Virus record (IMG/VR): IMGVR_UViG_3300011008_000186
DNA from: a virus
Reading direction: 5' to 3' (one strand)
DNA: 64,000 bases
Below, piece after piece: positions 51,921 to 61,693 of this stretch. A program made the position numbers and the translations under genes. Under the pieces are notes generated by a model. It saw only the letters and a program-made list of their open reading frames with translations, was not told where the DNA came from and made no database searches. Every line of letters begins with the position of its first letter. Positions within the stretch are counted from its first letter, which is position 1.

Positions 51921-52463
51921 TTAACCTTTACTATTCATAGCTTTTCTTCGAGCAGCATTAATAGAGTTGTTGCTTCGAAGAATGTCATTTGTTTTCATTT
52001 TCTTTTTGGGTTGATTTTCAACATTACAAACTTGAATCAAAGTAAGCAAACGATTCAAATGCCACTTTTGACACTCGAATGGTATTTGTAATGCAACCAT
52101 CCAATAATAGATAAGTTCTGACGTAACAATTCTGCTTTGCGATTTCTTCTTCTGTTTGTCTGAAAACCAGGTAGCAGTCATCGGATCTTCAATGTAATCT
52201 TGTATAGCTTTAATGTTTTCGTCAGTTAGCGCATAATAGACCAAAGGATTAACATTTTGCGTTAACGTCATACACCGTACATAATCAATAAACATTTCTG
52301 GAGTTTTTTGATCTTTACTAAGAAATGGTTTATGCCACTTAGATTCCCATTTTGAAATTGAAACTAAAGAATGTTCTATTTGAATAGTTGTTTCTTTAAT
52401 CGGTATAAAGGTATTGGTGCCGTTATCATATAGTTCCGCTGCCGGAACCACTATTTTTTTCAT
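51921..52463 (-). CDS. Tail assembly chaperone-like protein (T-like position)
   Basis: 180-aa ORF between the gpG-like gene and the tape measure. Confidence 0.35.
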   Translation of the reverse strand: MKKIVVPAAELYDNGTNTFIPIKETTIQIEHSLVSISKWESKWHKPFLSKDQKTPEMFIDYVRCMTLTQNVNPLVYYALTDENIKAIQDYIEDPMTATWFSDKQKKKSQSRIVTSELIYYWMVALQIPFECQKWHLNRLLTLIQVCNVENQPKKKMKTNDILRSNNSINAARRKAMNSKG

Positions 52464-52465
52464 TT

Positions 52466-52882
52466 TTAAACGCCACTGTTATACTCTATTACACCAGGAG
52501 CACCTTTTGTTTTATGATCTTCGGGAATGACCGGAACAATACCATTCACAAACTCAGAAGCCGCATCCGCATTAGTTGAGAGCTCCATAAACAGCTCATC
52601 ATACGCGGCAGTATGCCGGAAATCTTCCCTAATTTTTTCGTCTTTATAAAAGTGAAGACCGTCATCCGACTTAACGCCATAAGACTTAAGAATGATATCC
52701 TGGAACAGCTTGATTATCTTTTCCTGATCCTTTGCTTTGACGATCTTGTTGATCTGTTCCTGGAGGCCGCCGTCGTTCGTTAACTGCATTTCTGCAATCT
52801 CGGTCCTCGTAAGATTGAAATAGAAATCTTCTTCTCTTTCTACCCCATTGAAATCAGTGTAGGTAATACTTTTCTTGTACAT
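52466..52882 (-). CDS. Tail assembly chaperone (gpG-like)
   Basis: 138 aa, acidic, immediately after the tail tube gene. Confidence 0.5.
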   Translation of the reverse strand: MYKKSITYTDFNGVEREEDFYFNLTRTEIAEMQLTNDGGLQEQINKIVKAKDQEKIIKLFQDIILKSYGVKSDDGLHFYKDEKIREDFRHTAAYDELFMELSTNADAASEFVNGIVPVIPEDHKTKGAPGVIEYNSGV

Positions 52883-52951
52883 TGTTATTTCTCCTTTCTA
52901 AAAAGAGGGCCCACTTAATGAGCCCTCAAGCAATTAATTTTTAATTAATTA

Positions 52952-53620
52952 TTACTCAGCAAATACCTGAAGCACCTGAGCAGGTGTGGGCAGTGTAGCT
53001 GTTGTCGCCTCAGTACTACCTTGAGCATCTTTGCCATAAAGCGTATCAAGCAAAGTTGCAAGTTTGGTTGCATCAGCCTTTCTTGAATCAATAGTAATTG
53101 TACTAATAGGGCTATGACCTGTAACAGCAACCGGATCCGAAGTGAAATCCCAAGAGAATGTGATAGCATCCGGGCTGTCATTGATTGTCTCGTAAGATTT
53201 CTCGGAAGGTGATGCTGTACATCCGTAAATTATATGAAGCTTATACATCTGACTAAGATCAGTAACTTCATCAGAGCCAACTGCAGTTCTATAGCAAAGA
53301 GCAAATTTAGCTCTTGGCTGCTGTCCCAGAACTACTCCGTCTGCTGCCTCTACAGATCCGTCGCAAGCCATCCACTCATCGGGATATGTAAATGCTTCAA
53401 TCGAACCGCTAAATGTTTCAGCGGAACGAAGAGAAGCATACTTAATATCATCAGCATAAATATCGGTTGCTTCTGCTCCGTCGGGACTTTCGGAAATAGA
53501 AGTAATACCATTCCAAGCAACACCTTTCCAAGTGTCATTTTCTTTAATATAAAGAACGCAATTCTTCACACCGGTCTCAAAGTAACGAGTTCCGGTTGCA
53601 TCCCATGTAAGTCGTGCCAT
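52952..53620 (-). CDS. Major tail (tube) protein
   Basis: GVKNCVLYIKE..WKGVAWNGITSISESPDGAEATDIYADD..FSGSIEAFTYPDEW resembles the lambda-V/Phage_tail_2 pattern. Confidence 0.65.
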   Translation of the reverse strand: MARLTWDATGTRYFETGVKNCVLYIKENDTWKGVAWNGITSISESPDGAEATDIYADDIKYASLRSAETFSGSIEAFTYPDEWMACDGSVEAADGVVLGQQPRAKFALCYRTAVGSDEVTDLSQMYKLHIIYGCTASPSEKSYETINDSPDAITFSWDFTSDPVAVTGHSPISTITIDSRKADATKLATLLDTLYGKDAQGSTEATTATLPTPAQVLQVFAE

Positions 53621-53636
53621 TTAAGTGACCTCCTGT

Positions 53637-53942
53637 TTAGTAATATAAAATAAAAGAATCGTGATATAAATTATCGGCCACATATCGATTCTGGTGACTG
53701 CAATATGGAAGATCATTAATATCCTCGATCATAGGATCATCGGCATCTTTACTGACAAGCAACACCATATACTGGCGATGTTTTTTGTATTTAATATTGT
53801 CCGCTTTAAACGATTCCAGTTGCTGCAACCTGTAAATGATACATGGATATTTTAGTTTTTCAGAAGAAGGCGGCTGAAAATATACATGGCCTTCCCCGGC
53901 TATTCCTATAAGAATTGATGCCAGTTCTGATCTAGTTCCCAT
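53637..53942 (-). CDS. Head-tail joining / tail terminator-like protein
   Basis: 101 aa between capsid and tube. VYFQPPSSEKLKYPCIIY pattern. Confidence 0.4.
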   Translation of the reverse strand: MGTRSELASILIGIAGEGHVYFQPPSSEKLKYPCIIYRLQQLESFKADNIKYKKHRQYMVLLVSKDADDPMIEDINDLPYCSHQNRYVADNLYHDSFILYY

Positions 53943-54249
53943 TCCATACGCCTCCTAAACTTATAACTAAGCGTGGGTACAAAACTTCAATCGATGTAAT
54001 TTTCCATTTTGTACCCATGAAAGTTGCATATTTCATTAAATGAAAGTTTTGAGTGGCGTATGGATCAGCGACTATGCTTATACGATTCGTAATATTTAGG
54101 TCATCATTAACTTTATCAGCTGAATCCCATCGGTTTGCATTTCGTAAAAGGTCACCTTTAACTGGCTTTTCTACAATCTCGACCGTGTATTTATCTGTTC
54201 CATCGAAAGAACTGACTTCATACCCAATCATTCCAACATACTTAGCCAT
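53932..54249 (-). CDS. Head-tail adaptor-like protein
   Basis: 105 aa directly after the capsid gene; assigned on position only. Confidence 0.35.
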   Translation of the reverse strand: MAKYVGMIGYEVSSFDGTDKYTVEIVEKPVKGDLLRNANRWDSADKVNDDLNITNRISIVADPYATQNFHLMKYATFMGTKWKITSIEVLYPRLVISLGGVWNGN

Positions 54250-54268
54250 TCAAACCTCCATTTTGAAA

Positions 54269-56215
54269 TCAACCTTCTGCGAATGTTCCGGTAGTCTCAA
54301 TAGCGATTGCTGAGTAAGGCTTAGTGAGAGCACCAGAAATGCGATCCTCAATCAGATATTTCATCTGGTTATAATCGATATCGAAATCCTCGAAGAGTGC
54401 TCTCTTGACGCCCTTGTTACCACCCACTGTATAATCATCAAGATTTACAATAATGCCAAGAAGGTTGTATGTGGTCGTTGTGGCATTATCTCCAGTTCCA
54501 GTAGTAACTGTCCTTGTAAGATTCTCCATAATAGGAGCGGAAACAATCTCTCTAACTCTAAGAGCCGTTGCCAAATCGGACACGCCATTATAAATCTTGC
54601 GGCCGGTTGTATCCTTAATGAGCAGCATCTCGGTAAGGGCGGTTTCAGAAGCAAACATAATAGGGTTGCCGGTTCCTCTATAGTTCTTGCGGCCACGAAT
54701 TGCAGCATCAACCACAGCATCTGCTTTTGCGCTGTTTGTTGCGAGACCGGTGAACGATACATTAACCTTAATTGTATACAGATCATCATCTGTCCAAATA
54801 GGACGAATGTGGTCTTCTTTGATCTTGTCATCGCTAAGAGAGCTTCTGCCATCTCCTACAAGGATAGCACGAGCCTTCTCCTCATCAAGCATGACATTCA
54901 TTTCTCTCTTTAGGAACGCAACAATATCGAAATCGGTGATGTCCTCTGCGTCATCGCGATCGAGCTTCTGCTTCTTATAGATAGTCTGAGGATCGGTGGA
55001 TCTTCTAAGAAGCTTGATAACCTCTTCCTTCTTCAACTTGCCCTTTGTGTAACCAAGTGCCCTAGCTTCTTCGATAGTTGTGTCTGCAAAGATTGACTTA
55101 ATACGAGAGAAAGGTGACTTATGAACACCATTAATAACTTTGCTTACCCAGCCATTATCTCTGGAAATAATTTCAGGTGTTGATGTGAGCGCCTTAGGCT
55201 CGGGGAAAAGCCAATCAATATCGGCAATACCATACGTCACATCTTTGTTGTCATCGTCTTTTACTGCATGAGCAATAGTATCACTATGCTCAATGTAATC
55301 CATTACCGTATCTCTAAGAGATCCGCTCCTGCGAGCATCTTTAAAAATCGCATCAATATCAGCTCTGTCAAAAGCGCTATGCTGAACGGTCTGAGTGCCT
55401 TCTTCAAATACATTATGCTTCACGTTTTTATCCTCCTCGGAATCTTTAGACTTATTTTCTTTAGTATCTTCATCCTCGTCTTTACTATTCTCAAGCGCAA
55501 GACCAACAAGTGCATACAGAGCAGTCTTCTGCTTTTCATTCATAGTGTTCACGACGTCTTCGAGAGTCTCTTCATCAGAGCTTTCGTTTTCTTTTTCTTT
55601 TTCGTCAGCATGTTCCACATCATCTTCAAGAGCCATACCCACAATGGCATACATAGCATTCTTCTGTGCTTCGGTCATTGTATTAATAACATCTTCGAGA
55701 GTTTCTTCCTCATGCTCTATTTCGGACTCTTCTGCATGCTCGACAGAAGGGATTTCGAAATCCTGAACAAGTCCGTTATAAATAATGGCGCCTTCCCCAG
55801 CGGACTCTTCGTGCTCAAGAACATAGTCAATTCGCGCCGTGGGATCGGCTCCAGCAAATACAAGACTGAGCTCTCTGATGGTTCCATGCAGAATATCTTT
55901 TCCAGTTGCTCCACCGAACTTAATCTTGTTAGCATAAATAGACAAAGAATCAATATCACCGTGGACTATTGCTTCTTTGGCATCGATACCTGATGAGCTA
56001 TTGTTAAGGTATCCGTAAGCGTACGTGCCTTCATCACGATCTTCAAGAATAGCATGGCCCACAACTGTATGCGGTGTATCATGCTGATGCCCCCATACCA
56101 AAGCGACGCGAGCTCCATCCTGATGCTTAAATGCGCCTCTTTTAACAGTTGTTCCATCGCTACACAGAACATCATTACGAGCAGCCCATCCGCTAAAATC
56201 GTAATCTTTGTTCAT
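54269..56215 (-). CDS. Prohead protease - scaffold-like linker - HK97-fold major capsid fusion protein
   Basis: N-terminal HK97 (S78)-type protease pattern (ALVWGHQHD..VGHAILEDRDEGTYAYGYL..DSLSIYA). Duplicated acidic EETLEDV(I/V)NTM..QK.A(M/L)YA(I/L)VG(M/L)ALE (~55470-55720). C-terminal capsid-like ARALGYTKG...ILVGDGR. Confidence 0.75.
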   Translation of the reverse strand: MNKDYDFSGWAARNDVLCSDGTTVKRGAFKHQDGARVALVWGHQHDTPHTVVGHAILEDRDEGTYAYGYLNNSSSGIDAKEAIVHGDIDSLSIYANKIKFGGATGKDILHGTIRELSLVFAGADPTARIDYVLEHEESAGEGAIIYNGLVQDFEIPSVEHAEESEIEHEEETLEDVINTMTEAQKNAMYAIVGMALEDDVEHADEKEKENESSDEETLEDVVNTMNEKQKTALYALVGLALENSKDEDEDTKENKSKDSEEDKNVKHNVFEEGTQTVQHSAFDRADIDAIFKDARRSGSLRDTVMDYIEHSDTIAHAVKDDDNKDVTYGIADIDWLFPEPKALTSTPEIISRDNGWVSKVINGVHKSPFSRIKSIFADTTIEEARALGYTKGKLKKEEVIKLLRRSTDPQTIYKKQKLDRDDAEDITDFDIVAFLKREMNVMLDEEKARAILVGDGRSSLSDDKIKEDHIRPIWTDDDLYTIKVNVSFTGLATNSAKADAVVDAAIRGRKNYRGTGNPIMFASETALTEMLLIKDTTGRKIYNGVSDLATALRVREIVSAPIMENLTRTVTTGTGDNATTTTYNLLGIIVNLDDYTVGGNKGVKRALFEDFDIDYNQMKYLIEDRISGALTKPYSAIAIETTGTFAEG

Positions 56216-57501
56216 TTTGAAAATTCCTCCATTGCATCATATTCTTCATTTGAATCTTGCGATTGTAATTGTTCTTCTACTAATGCCGCTGGCTTGTTAA
56301 GATTCTTGTTTCTAAGTTCATCTGCATCCGGATTGTCAGAAGGACGAAGACCAATCTTTCTTCTGATTTCATTAGATGTCATGATCTCATTTCGAGTAAA
56401 CTTATCAGCAATGTCGGCCATCTTAGTAGCAGGGACTAATCTCAGAGGATCCCTGAAGAAATAAATAGATTGATGTAGTGTTCTAGCTTTTTTAGTTAGA
56501 AACTTTCTTTTCATTTCATCCACGATAGCAGAAGCAATCGGCTCAATCGTACGATCGTAGTAATTTGTCATTACTGCCTCGTCGGCAGTGCCATCTAATA
56601 TCGAAGTCGTTATTCCTAACTGGCTGTATAGCATACTCGTTAAATACTCAACTTGGGACATAAGATTATTATCTGCTGGACGGTTCAACTGAGTGATATG
56701 TTCAGTGCCATCTATATATGCAATTCCATACTTGGAATCAACTAGTTGCTCTTCTATTTTTTGTTTTCTCAATTCTGCTTGCTTCTGACGTTCTGTTGAC
56801 TTTATTGTGTATGGAAGCTGAATGATAATATCAAGTTTTCCAGAACTAGTTTGTTCGTCAACCACATCGAGAAGATTAAGTTTTCTCTTAAGTCTTTGAA
56901 GAGTACTATTTGGTTCATTCATTATGGAATACATTGGATTTTCTATTATGGCGACCGTTTTTTTAGGCAGAATAATATTTTTATATACACCCACACGATC
57001 GTCATAGACATTTAACTTTACGTGGCGCGGATACCATTCAACTATCTGTCCACGCCGCATAGTGCTGATGTCATACGCTCCAGTAATTGTCGGGTCGTCG
57101 TCAGTATCAACCGGAACAATCGCTATTGCCCCTTCGTCAAACATAGAAAGTACTATGTCCTGAATAAACGCTCGACTTGTTTGATCAATATTTGCTTCAA
57201 GCGTGAGGCAATTATTAATACCTGTATCCAGTGTTTCTTCGAAATTTTTTTCGTCGTCAAGTCTAACGTGCATATATGTCAATGATGCAACGTCTAATGA
57301 AATTCTATTTAATATGGAATTAATAATAGAACGTTCATTTCCTCGACTGAGTCGAACGCGATCGGTTCGATAGGATGATCCGTAGCCAAGATTGCAATCT
57401 ACAGTATAATCATAATTATAAGATTGATTATCGGAGGCTGTAGGATCTCGGCTAAAAGCATTCCAGGCTCGTTTAATCCTGGATGACAATCGTTCAGCCA
57501 T
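56212..57501 (-). CDS. Portal protein
   Basis: 429 aa between terminase and protease-capsid. ATGA overlap with the capsid fusion gene. Confidence 0.6.
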   Translation of the reverse strand: MAERLSSRIKRAWNAFSRDPTASDNQSYNYDYTVDCNLGYGSSYRTDRVRLSRGNERSIINSILNRISLDVASLTYMHVRLDDEKNFEETLDTGINNCLTLEANIDQTSRAFIQDIVLSMFDEGAIAIVPVDTDDDPTITGAYDISTMRRGQIVEWYPRHVKLNVYDDRVGVYKNIILPKKTVAIIENPMYSIMNEPNSTLQRLKRKLNLLDVVDEQTSSGKLDIIIQLPYTIKSTERQKQAELRKQKIEEQLVDSKYGIAYIDGTEHITQLNRPADNNLMSQVEYLTSMLYSQLGITTSILDGTADEAVMTNYYDRTIEPIASAIVDEMKRKFLTKKARTLHQSIYFFRDPLRLVPATKMADIADKFTRNEIMTSNEIRRKIGLRPSDNPDADELRNKNLNKPAALVEEQLQSQDSNEEYDAMEEFSK

Positions 57502-57662
57502 AGTACCTCCTGATTATTTAGTTTTTATATTGTTTCCTGATCGGTAAGAGCTTTGGCTAAATATTTTTCAGCTTTTTGTTTATTATTCTTATCAAAAAAC
57601 TTCTGTTTTTTTTTCTTAAATTCTCAGATTTAGAATAGAAAGCCTTTGCATAAATATCTTCT

Positions 57663-58694
57663 TTATCGAATACCCAATATCTTATTTATTTTATCGCGTC
57701 CCGAAGCAGTATATCTAGAGCTTACTAAATCTTTAGATTTAACTTTACGAGCTCTCTGCTTCTGCTTCTCTTCAATCTTATCAATCTGAGCTTTCATTTT
57801 CTCAAATTGTTTTTCTGTAAGCAGATCGGCATTCACGCCTGCTTCTTCAGCCAAACTGACTTTGTAATCATTGTCGCTGCTATTGCCATTACCGACATGA
57901 AGATGGTCGCGAGTCGAATTAGGATTCCTCTTTGTGTAGTAATCATATACGCCCTTTGCATACTGTTTGCGCCAATCAGGAGATACCATTTCCCTTTTAG
58001 ATACGCCTTTTCCTTCTCCAGATACATTGCGCTGACGAGAACGTGGTAAGTTTGAATTACTATCGTCCCTTCTGGAATCACTATTATTAGCTGTGTTTTC
58101 CAACATCTTCTTTGCTTTGTCGGACATGTTGTCGGGATTCTTTACCTTATCATTTTTAGCAATGGTTTGAGAAATTGTCGCTTGTCTCTCTTTCTCTATA
58201 TTTTTATAATAATTTTCAGCATTTTTTTCACCTTGCTTAAATTCTGCGTCTGTTTTAGCATGTGTGTTCGTCTTGTTGGCTGCTTTCAAAGATTCGTTAT
58301 ACATAACTTGCTGCATTTTTTTAACTTCACTTTTAGAATATTTAGAAGTATCAATACCCGATTCAGCAACATAATTACTAAAATACTCTTCATTTAAAAA
58401 ATCGCCCGGACGTACTTTGCTGTTTTCTTTTACGCGAATAGATGAAGTGCGTTCAGCATCTCTTTCTGCAAAAGCCCTAAACTCTTCATTGGACATTTTT
58501 CCTTCGCCGATGTAATTTCCGTCCTCGTCGAAGCGAGATCTATTGTTGAGATATCTGAGTCTTCCAGCAGCAGTCAAGCTTCCGTCTTCATTTTGAAAAC
58601 GACGCTTTCCCCATTGCTGCCCCTTTATACCATAATGCTCGACATATTCATAATTATTGCCAAATAATGCTTTGGCCAATTCAGCTTTCGTCAT
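57663..58694 (-). CDS. Paralogue 3 of the HxGIKGQ(K/Q)WG N-terminal-motif family
   Basis: EHYGIKGQQWGKRRFQNEDGSLTAAGRLRY, rest K/E/N-rich. Lies between TerL and portal. Confidence 0.6.
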   Translation of the reverse strand: MTKAELAKALFGNNYEYVEHYGIKGQQWGKRRFQNEDGSLTAAGRLRYLNNRSRFDEDGNYIGEGKMSNEEFRAFAERDAERTSSIRVKENSKVRPGDFLNEEYFSNYVAESGIDTSKYSKSEVKKMQQVMYNESLKAANKTNTHAKTDAEFKQGEKNAENYYKNIEKERQATISQTIAKNDKVKNPDNMSDKAKKMLENTANNSDSRRDDSNSNLPRSRQRNVSGEGKGVSKREMVSPDWRKQYAKGVYDYYTKRNPNSTRDHLHVGNGNSSDNDYKVSLAEEAGVNADLLTEKQFEKMKAQIDKIEEKQKQRARKVKSKDLVSSRYTASGRDKINKILGIR

Positions 58695-58703
58695 ATATTC
58701 TCC

Positions 58704-60431
58704 TTACTCAAATGCTTCTTTGTTAATCTTATATGCTACAAAAGCATCCATCATAGCTGCAACGGCATCGATTTTGTCGCTGTATCTTTTCTTTAATAAT
58801 TTACGATTCCCATTAGTATCTTCCATAACTATGCAATTGCCCATTGCAAATTTCATAAGTTGCTCATCAAACAGAAGCATTCTTTCTTCTGATAACTTCT
58901 TAAGTTCCCCCAAAGGAACTGATTCAGTTCGAACTCCCTGTTGAACTTTCTCAATGCCGAATGGACCATTTTCTCTTTCCCATCGAGCTACAAATTCTTT
59001 AGCATTATATGGGTCGTATCCGAAGCAACGAATGTCATAATCATGCTCTAAAATATGCTGGTCAAGATCGTCGAATACTTCCATCATATCCAGTATCGAT
59101 CCGTCGAGCACAACCAGGCTGCCTTCATTTATAAACTCTTCATATGCATTTCTTGTTGCCAAAGTCAGCTTTGAAAAAGTTAAAGAAGAAATATAGTTAC
59201 GAGTTTTAACTCCGAAGCAACCGTTCGACAAAGGGAATAAAAAAGTAAACGCACAAAAGTCATCTCCTTGCGACAAGTCTGCGCCCATCGAACAAGCCAT
59301 CTGCCAATAGTCACGATGCTTATGGGGAAGTATTTCTTCATACGTAAAGAAATATGTGTATCCTTCCGTTGGTATACCGAACCTCTTTGCAAGTATATCA
59401 TTTCGAGCAGAAGGTGCATTTTCGGCACGTTCCTTATCCAACTGATATACTTCATAGGTAACAGTCTTTCCTATATTGGGATTTGCTTTAACCCACATAT
59501 GAGGATCTTCCACCTCATTGACAGAATCTAATTTATACCAAAAAATAGATACATGCGGATTGAGATACTCGCCCTTAAGAATGTCCATTAACTCCATTTT
59601 TATGGTATCGCCAGGACCGTTTCTTATAGTACCTTCCGAACTAATCGCAATTATTAAATAATCATCCAGTTTGGAAGCACCCTGCTCAATAGCGCCGACT
59701 ACGTCTTCTCTAATGTCTCCAGATAGCCACTCATCAATGGTGTTAATCTTAGTTCTCAAACCATTTAACTTTGCGATGCTCATCGGTCGAATCTCGAGAA
59801 GCGATCCTGTGATAAAGTTTTCAATGCCTTTCTTAGTAGAAGCTAATTTTTGTCTATTAGCTCTCGATCCAGTTGTATTTTGAAGTGAACCTTCTGTTAA
59901 AAACTTGAAATAAGGCCCTCTTGCACGCGTTATAGCTGTACGAATTGGGGAAAGAACTTCATCTGCTTGTTTCATAGTAGGAGCAGTTGTTATTTGATGA
60001 GTAGTTGTTGGATCAACATTAAGAAAATAACTTTGTATACAAGAAGCATACATAGATTTGGCAGCACCTCTTGCTACTATTAGATACTGCTTATTTATTA
60101 AACGTTTTTTAATACTTTTTGTTATCATTCGACCTTTTCCGTCGGGAATCGATCGTTCTACGAAATAATACCATCCAAATACCTGTTCGGCCCAGAGTTT
60201 AAAAGTGTCTAATAATTTCAAATCGGAACCATCAGTTAGAGTTAATTCATTCTCGCAATATTTAATAAAACCGTTTATTGCCTTATCATCGTAATAAATC
60301 CCAGGATTATCGATCAGACTATCGATTCTATTCATTTCCATCGATATTTCTCGATTTACCGGGATCTCGCCTCTAATTACTGCATCTCTGAATTGTCCAT
60401 AGTAAATAGGAACTGCAGTATTCGAAAGCAT
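58704..60431 (-). CDS. terL: Terminase large subunit
   Basis: 575 aa. Walker-A-like LIVARGAAKS; nuclease-domain signatures GADLSQGDDF and DKIDAVAAMMDA. Confidence 0.9.
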   Translation of the reverse strand: MLSNTAVPIYYGQFRDAVIRGEIPVNREISMEMNRIDSLIDNPGIYYDDKAINGFIKYCENELTLTDGSDLKLLDTFKLWAEQVFGWYYFVERSIPDGKGRMITKSIKKRLINKQYLIVARGAAKSMYASCIQSYFLNVDPTTTHQITTAPTMKQADEVLSPIRTAITRARGPYFKFLTEGSLQNTTGSRANRQKLASTKKGIENFITGSLLEIRPMSIAKLNGLRTKINTIDEWLSGDIREDVVGAIEQGASKLDDYLIIAISSEGTIRNGPGDTIKMELMDILKGEYLNPHVSIFWYKLDSVNEVEDPHMWVKANPNIGKTVTYEVYQLDKERAENAPSARNDILAKRFGIPTEGYTYFFTYEEILPHKHRDYWQMACSMGADLSQGDDFCAFTFLFPLSNGCFGVKTRNYISSLTFSKLTLATRNAYEEFINEGSLVVLDGSILDMMEVFDDLDQHILEHDYDIRCFGYDPYNAKEFVARWERENGPFGIEKVQQGVRTESVPLGELKKLSEERMLLFDEQLMKFAMGNCIVMEDTNGNRKLLKKRYSDKIDAVAAMMDAFVAYKINKEAFE

Positions 60432-60433
60432 TG

Positions 60434-61693
60434 TTATCCTCTAAGCAACGGCAACATACGCTTAATATAATCTTCGCCATTTGAAGTAATTCTAACTGGA
60501 ACAAGACTTGTTGATTCATTAACCTCGTGCCATTCGCCATTTATTATATCGTCATAAAACATTTTACCGTTTCTTGTACGTTGTTCATTAGCTCGATTGC
60601 TATTAGAACTAGCGAATCCTTCTCCTTCCACGGTGCCTTCATAGACTTTTCGTTCTTCGGACGAAAATGATTTTGAAGATTTCGACGATGATTTGTTTGC
60701 TCGTTCACGAGTTTTTCGTTCTTGTTTATTGGTATTGGTATTGGTATTTGTATTTGTGTTACTACTAGTTTCTTGCTTTTCTTTCTTCTGTTGCTTATTG
60801 GCAGTGTCCGTATTATTATTCTTCGCTGACTTGTTATTATCTTTAGTACTGTTCTCGCCCCCGGTATTACTATTGTTAGACGAACTATTTTTTTCAGATT
60901 TACTAGATCGCCCAGCCATATTTTTAATTTCGGAAGCAATACCAACTCCAGATGCGCCAAGCCCGGTAACAACATTTGCAACATCAAGTATTTGCTCAAC
61001 CCTTGCTTTACCGCTATCAATCTGAGAACCTTGCTGCACAAGACTGTTATATGTTCGTTCTAGATTTATTCGATTAATAACTTCTCGTATCTCGGAATCC
61101 GAAAAATCCGATAAATCTATTTTGCTTTTAAATTCATTAATCTGGTTCTGATACATCTTGTCTCGAAGATTATTAATTCCCAAATATGAACTCTTACCTT
61201 GTCCAATCAGCTTTGATACCGAACCAAGATTATCAGCGAGGTCTTTTTTATTTCCTAACCTGGCAACGCTAGAAGCTAGCTGAGTAGTATTTCTAGCTAG
61301 ATCAATGCTTTTCCCAACAATATTAGATTGCTTTGGTTTAGCTATATTTTGCTCGGCAAGAAGCTGTTTTAACTGATTCTCGCTGTTCATTCTGTTAATA
61401 GCGTTCTGCAATTCAGAATTGGTCATATCCTTAGCGTTTTTTACCAAAGACTTTTTTACATCATCAGTCACTTTAGATGCATCGACTGACTTCAGACCCT
61501 CATGTGAATCGCTATCTTTGTTACTCGAAACGCCATCTTTTCCATATCTTTCTTTGCCGGAATCGGAAATGGCTCCATTTTTCTTCTTTTCTTCGGCCGA
61601 GCGTTGTTCCCTACTTAATGGATAAGACGGACCATTTTGAACTCCCCATTTCTGGCCTTTTATGCCATGATGTTGGATTGTATCATTTGACAT
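60434..61693 (-). CDS. Paralogue 2 of the HHGIKGQKWG family, with a low-complexity S/N/K/T tail
   Basis: Start moved to ATG 61693 (SD AGGTGA). QHHGIKGQKWGVQNGPSYPL. (TN)5 microsatellite at ~60720-60760. Confidence 0.6.
   Translation of the reverse strand: MSNDTIQHHGIKGQKWGVQNGPSYPLSREQRSAEEKKKNGAISDSGKERYGKDGVSSNKDSDSHEGLKSVDASKVTDDVKKSLVKNAKDMTNSELQNAINRMNSENQLKQLLAEQNIAKPKQSNIVGKSIDLARNTTQLASSVARLGNKKDLADNLGSVSKLIGQGKSSYLGINNLRDKMYQNQINEFKSKIDLSDFSDSEIREVINRINLERTYNSLVQQGSQIDSGKARVEQILDVANVVTGLGASGVGIASEIKNMAGRSSKSEKNSSSNNSNTGGENSTKDNNKSAKNNNTDTANKQQKKEKQETSSNTNTNTNTNTNKQERKTRERANKSSSKSSKSFSSEERKVYEGTVEGEGFASSNSNRANEQRTRNGKMFYDDIINGEWHEVNESTSLVPVRITSNGEDYIKRMLPLLRG

Noticed and set aside
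52440-52500. A programmed -1 frameshift joining the two tail-chaperone ORFs (G/GT type).
   Set aside because: The downstream frame is open for only 15 nt upstream of its ATG, no X XXY YYZ slippery heptamer lies in that interval, and the second ORF has its own ATG.
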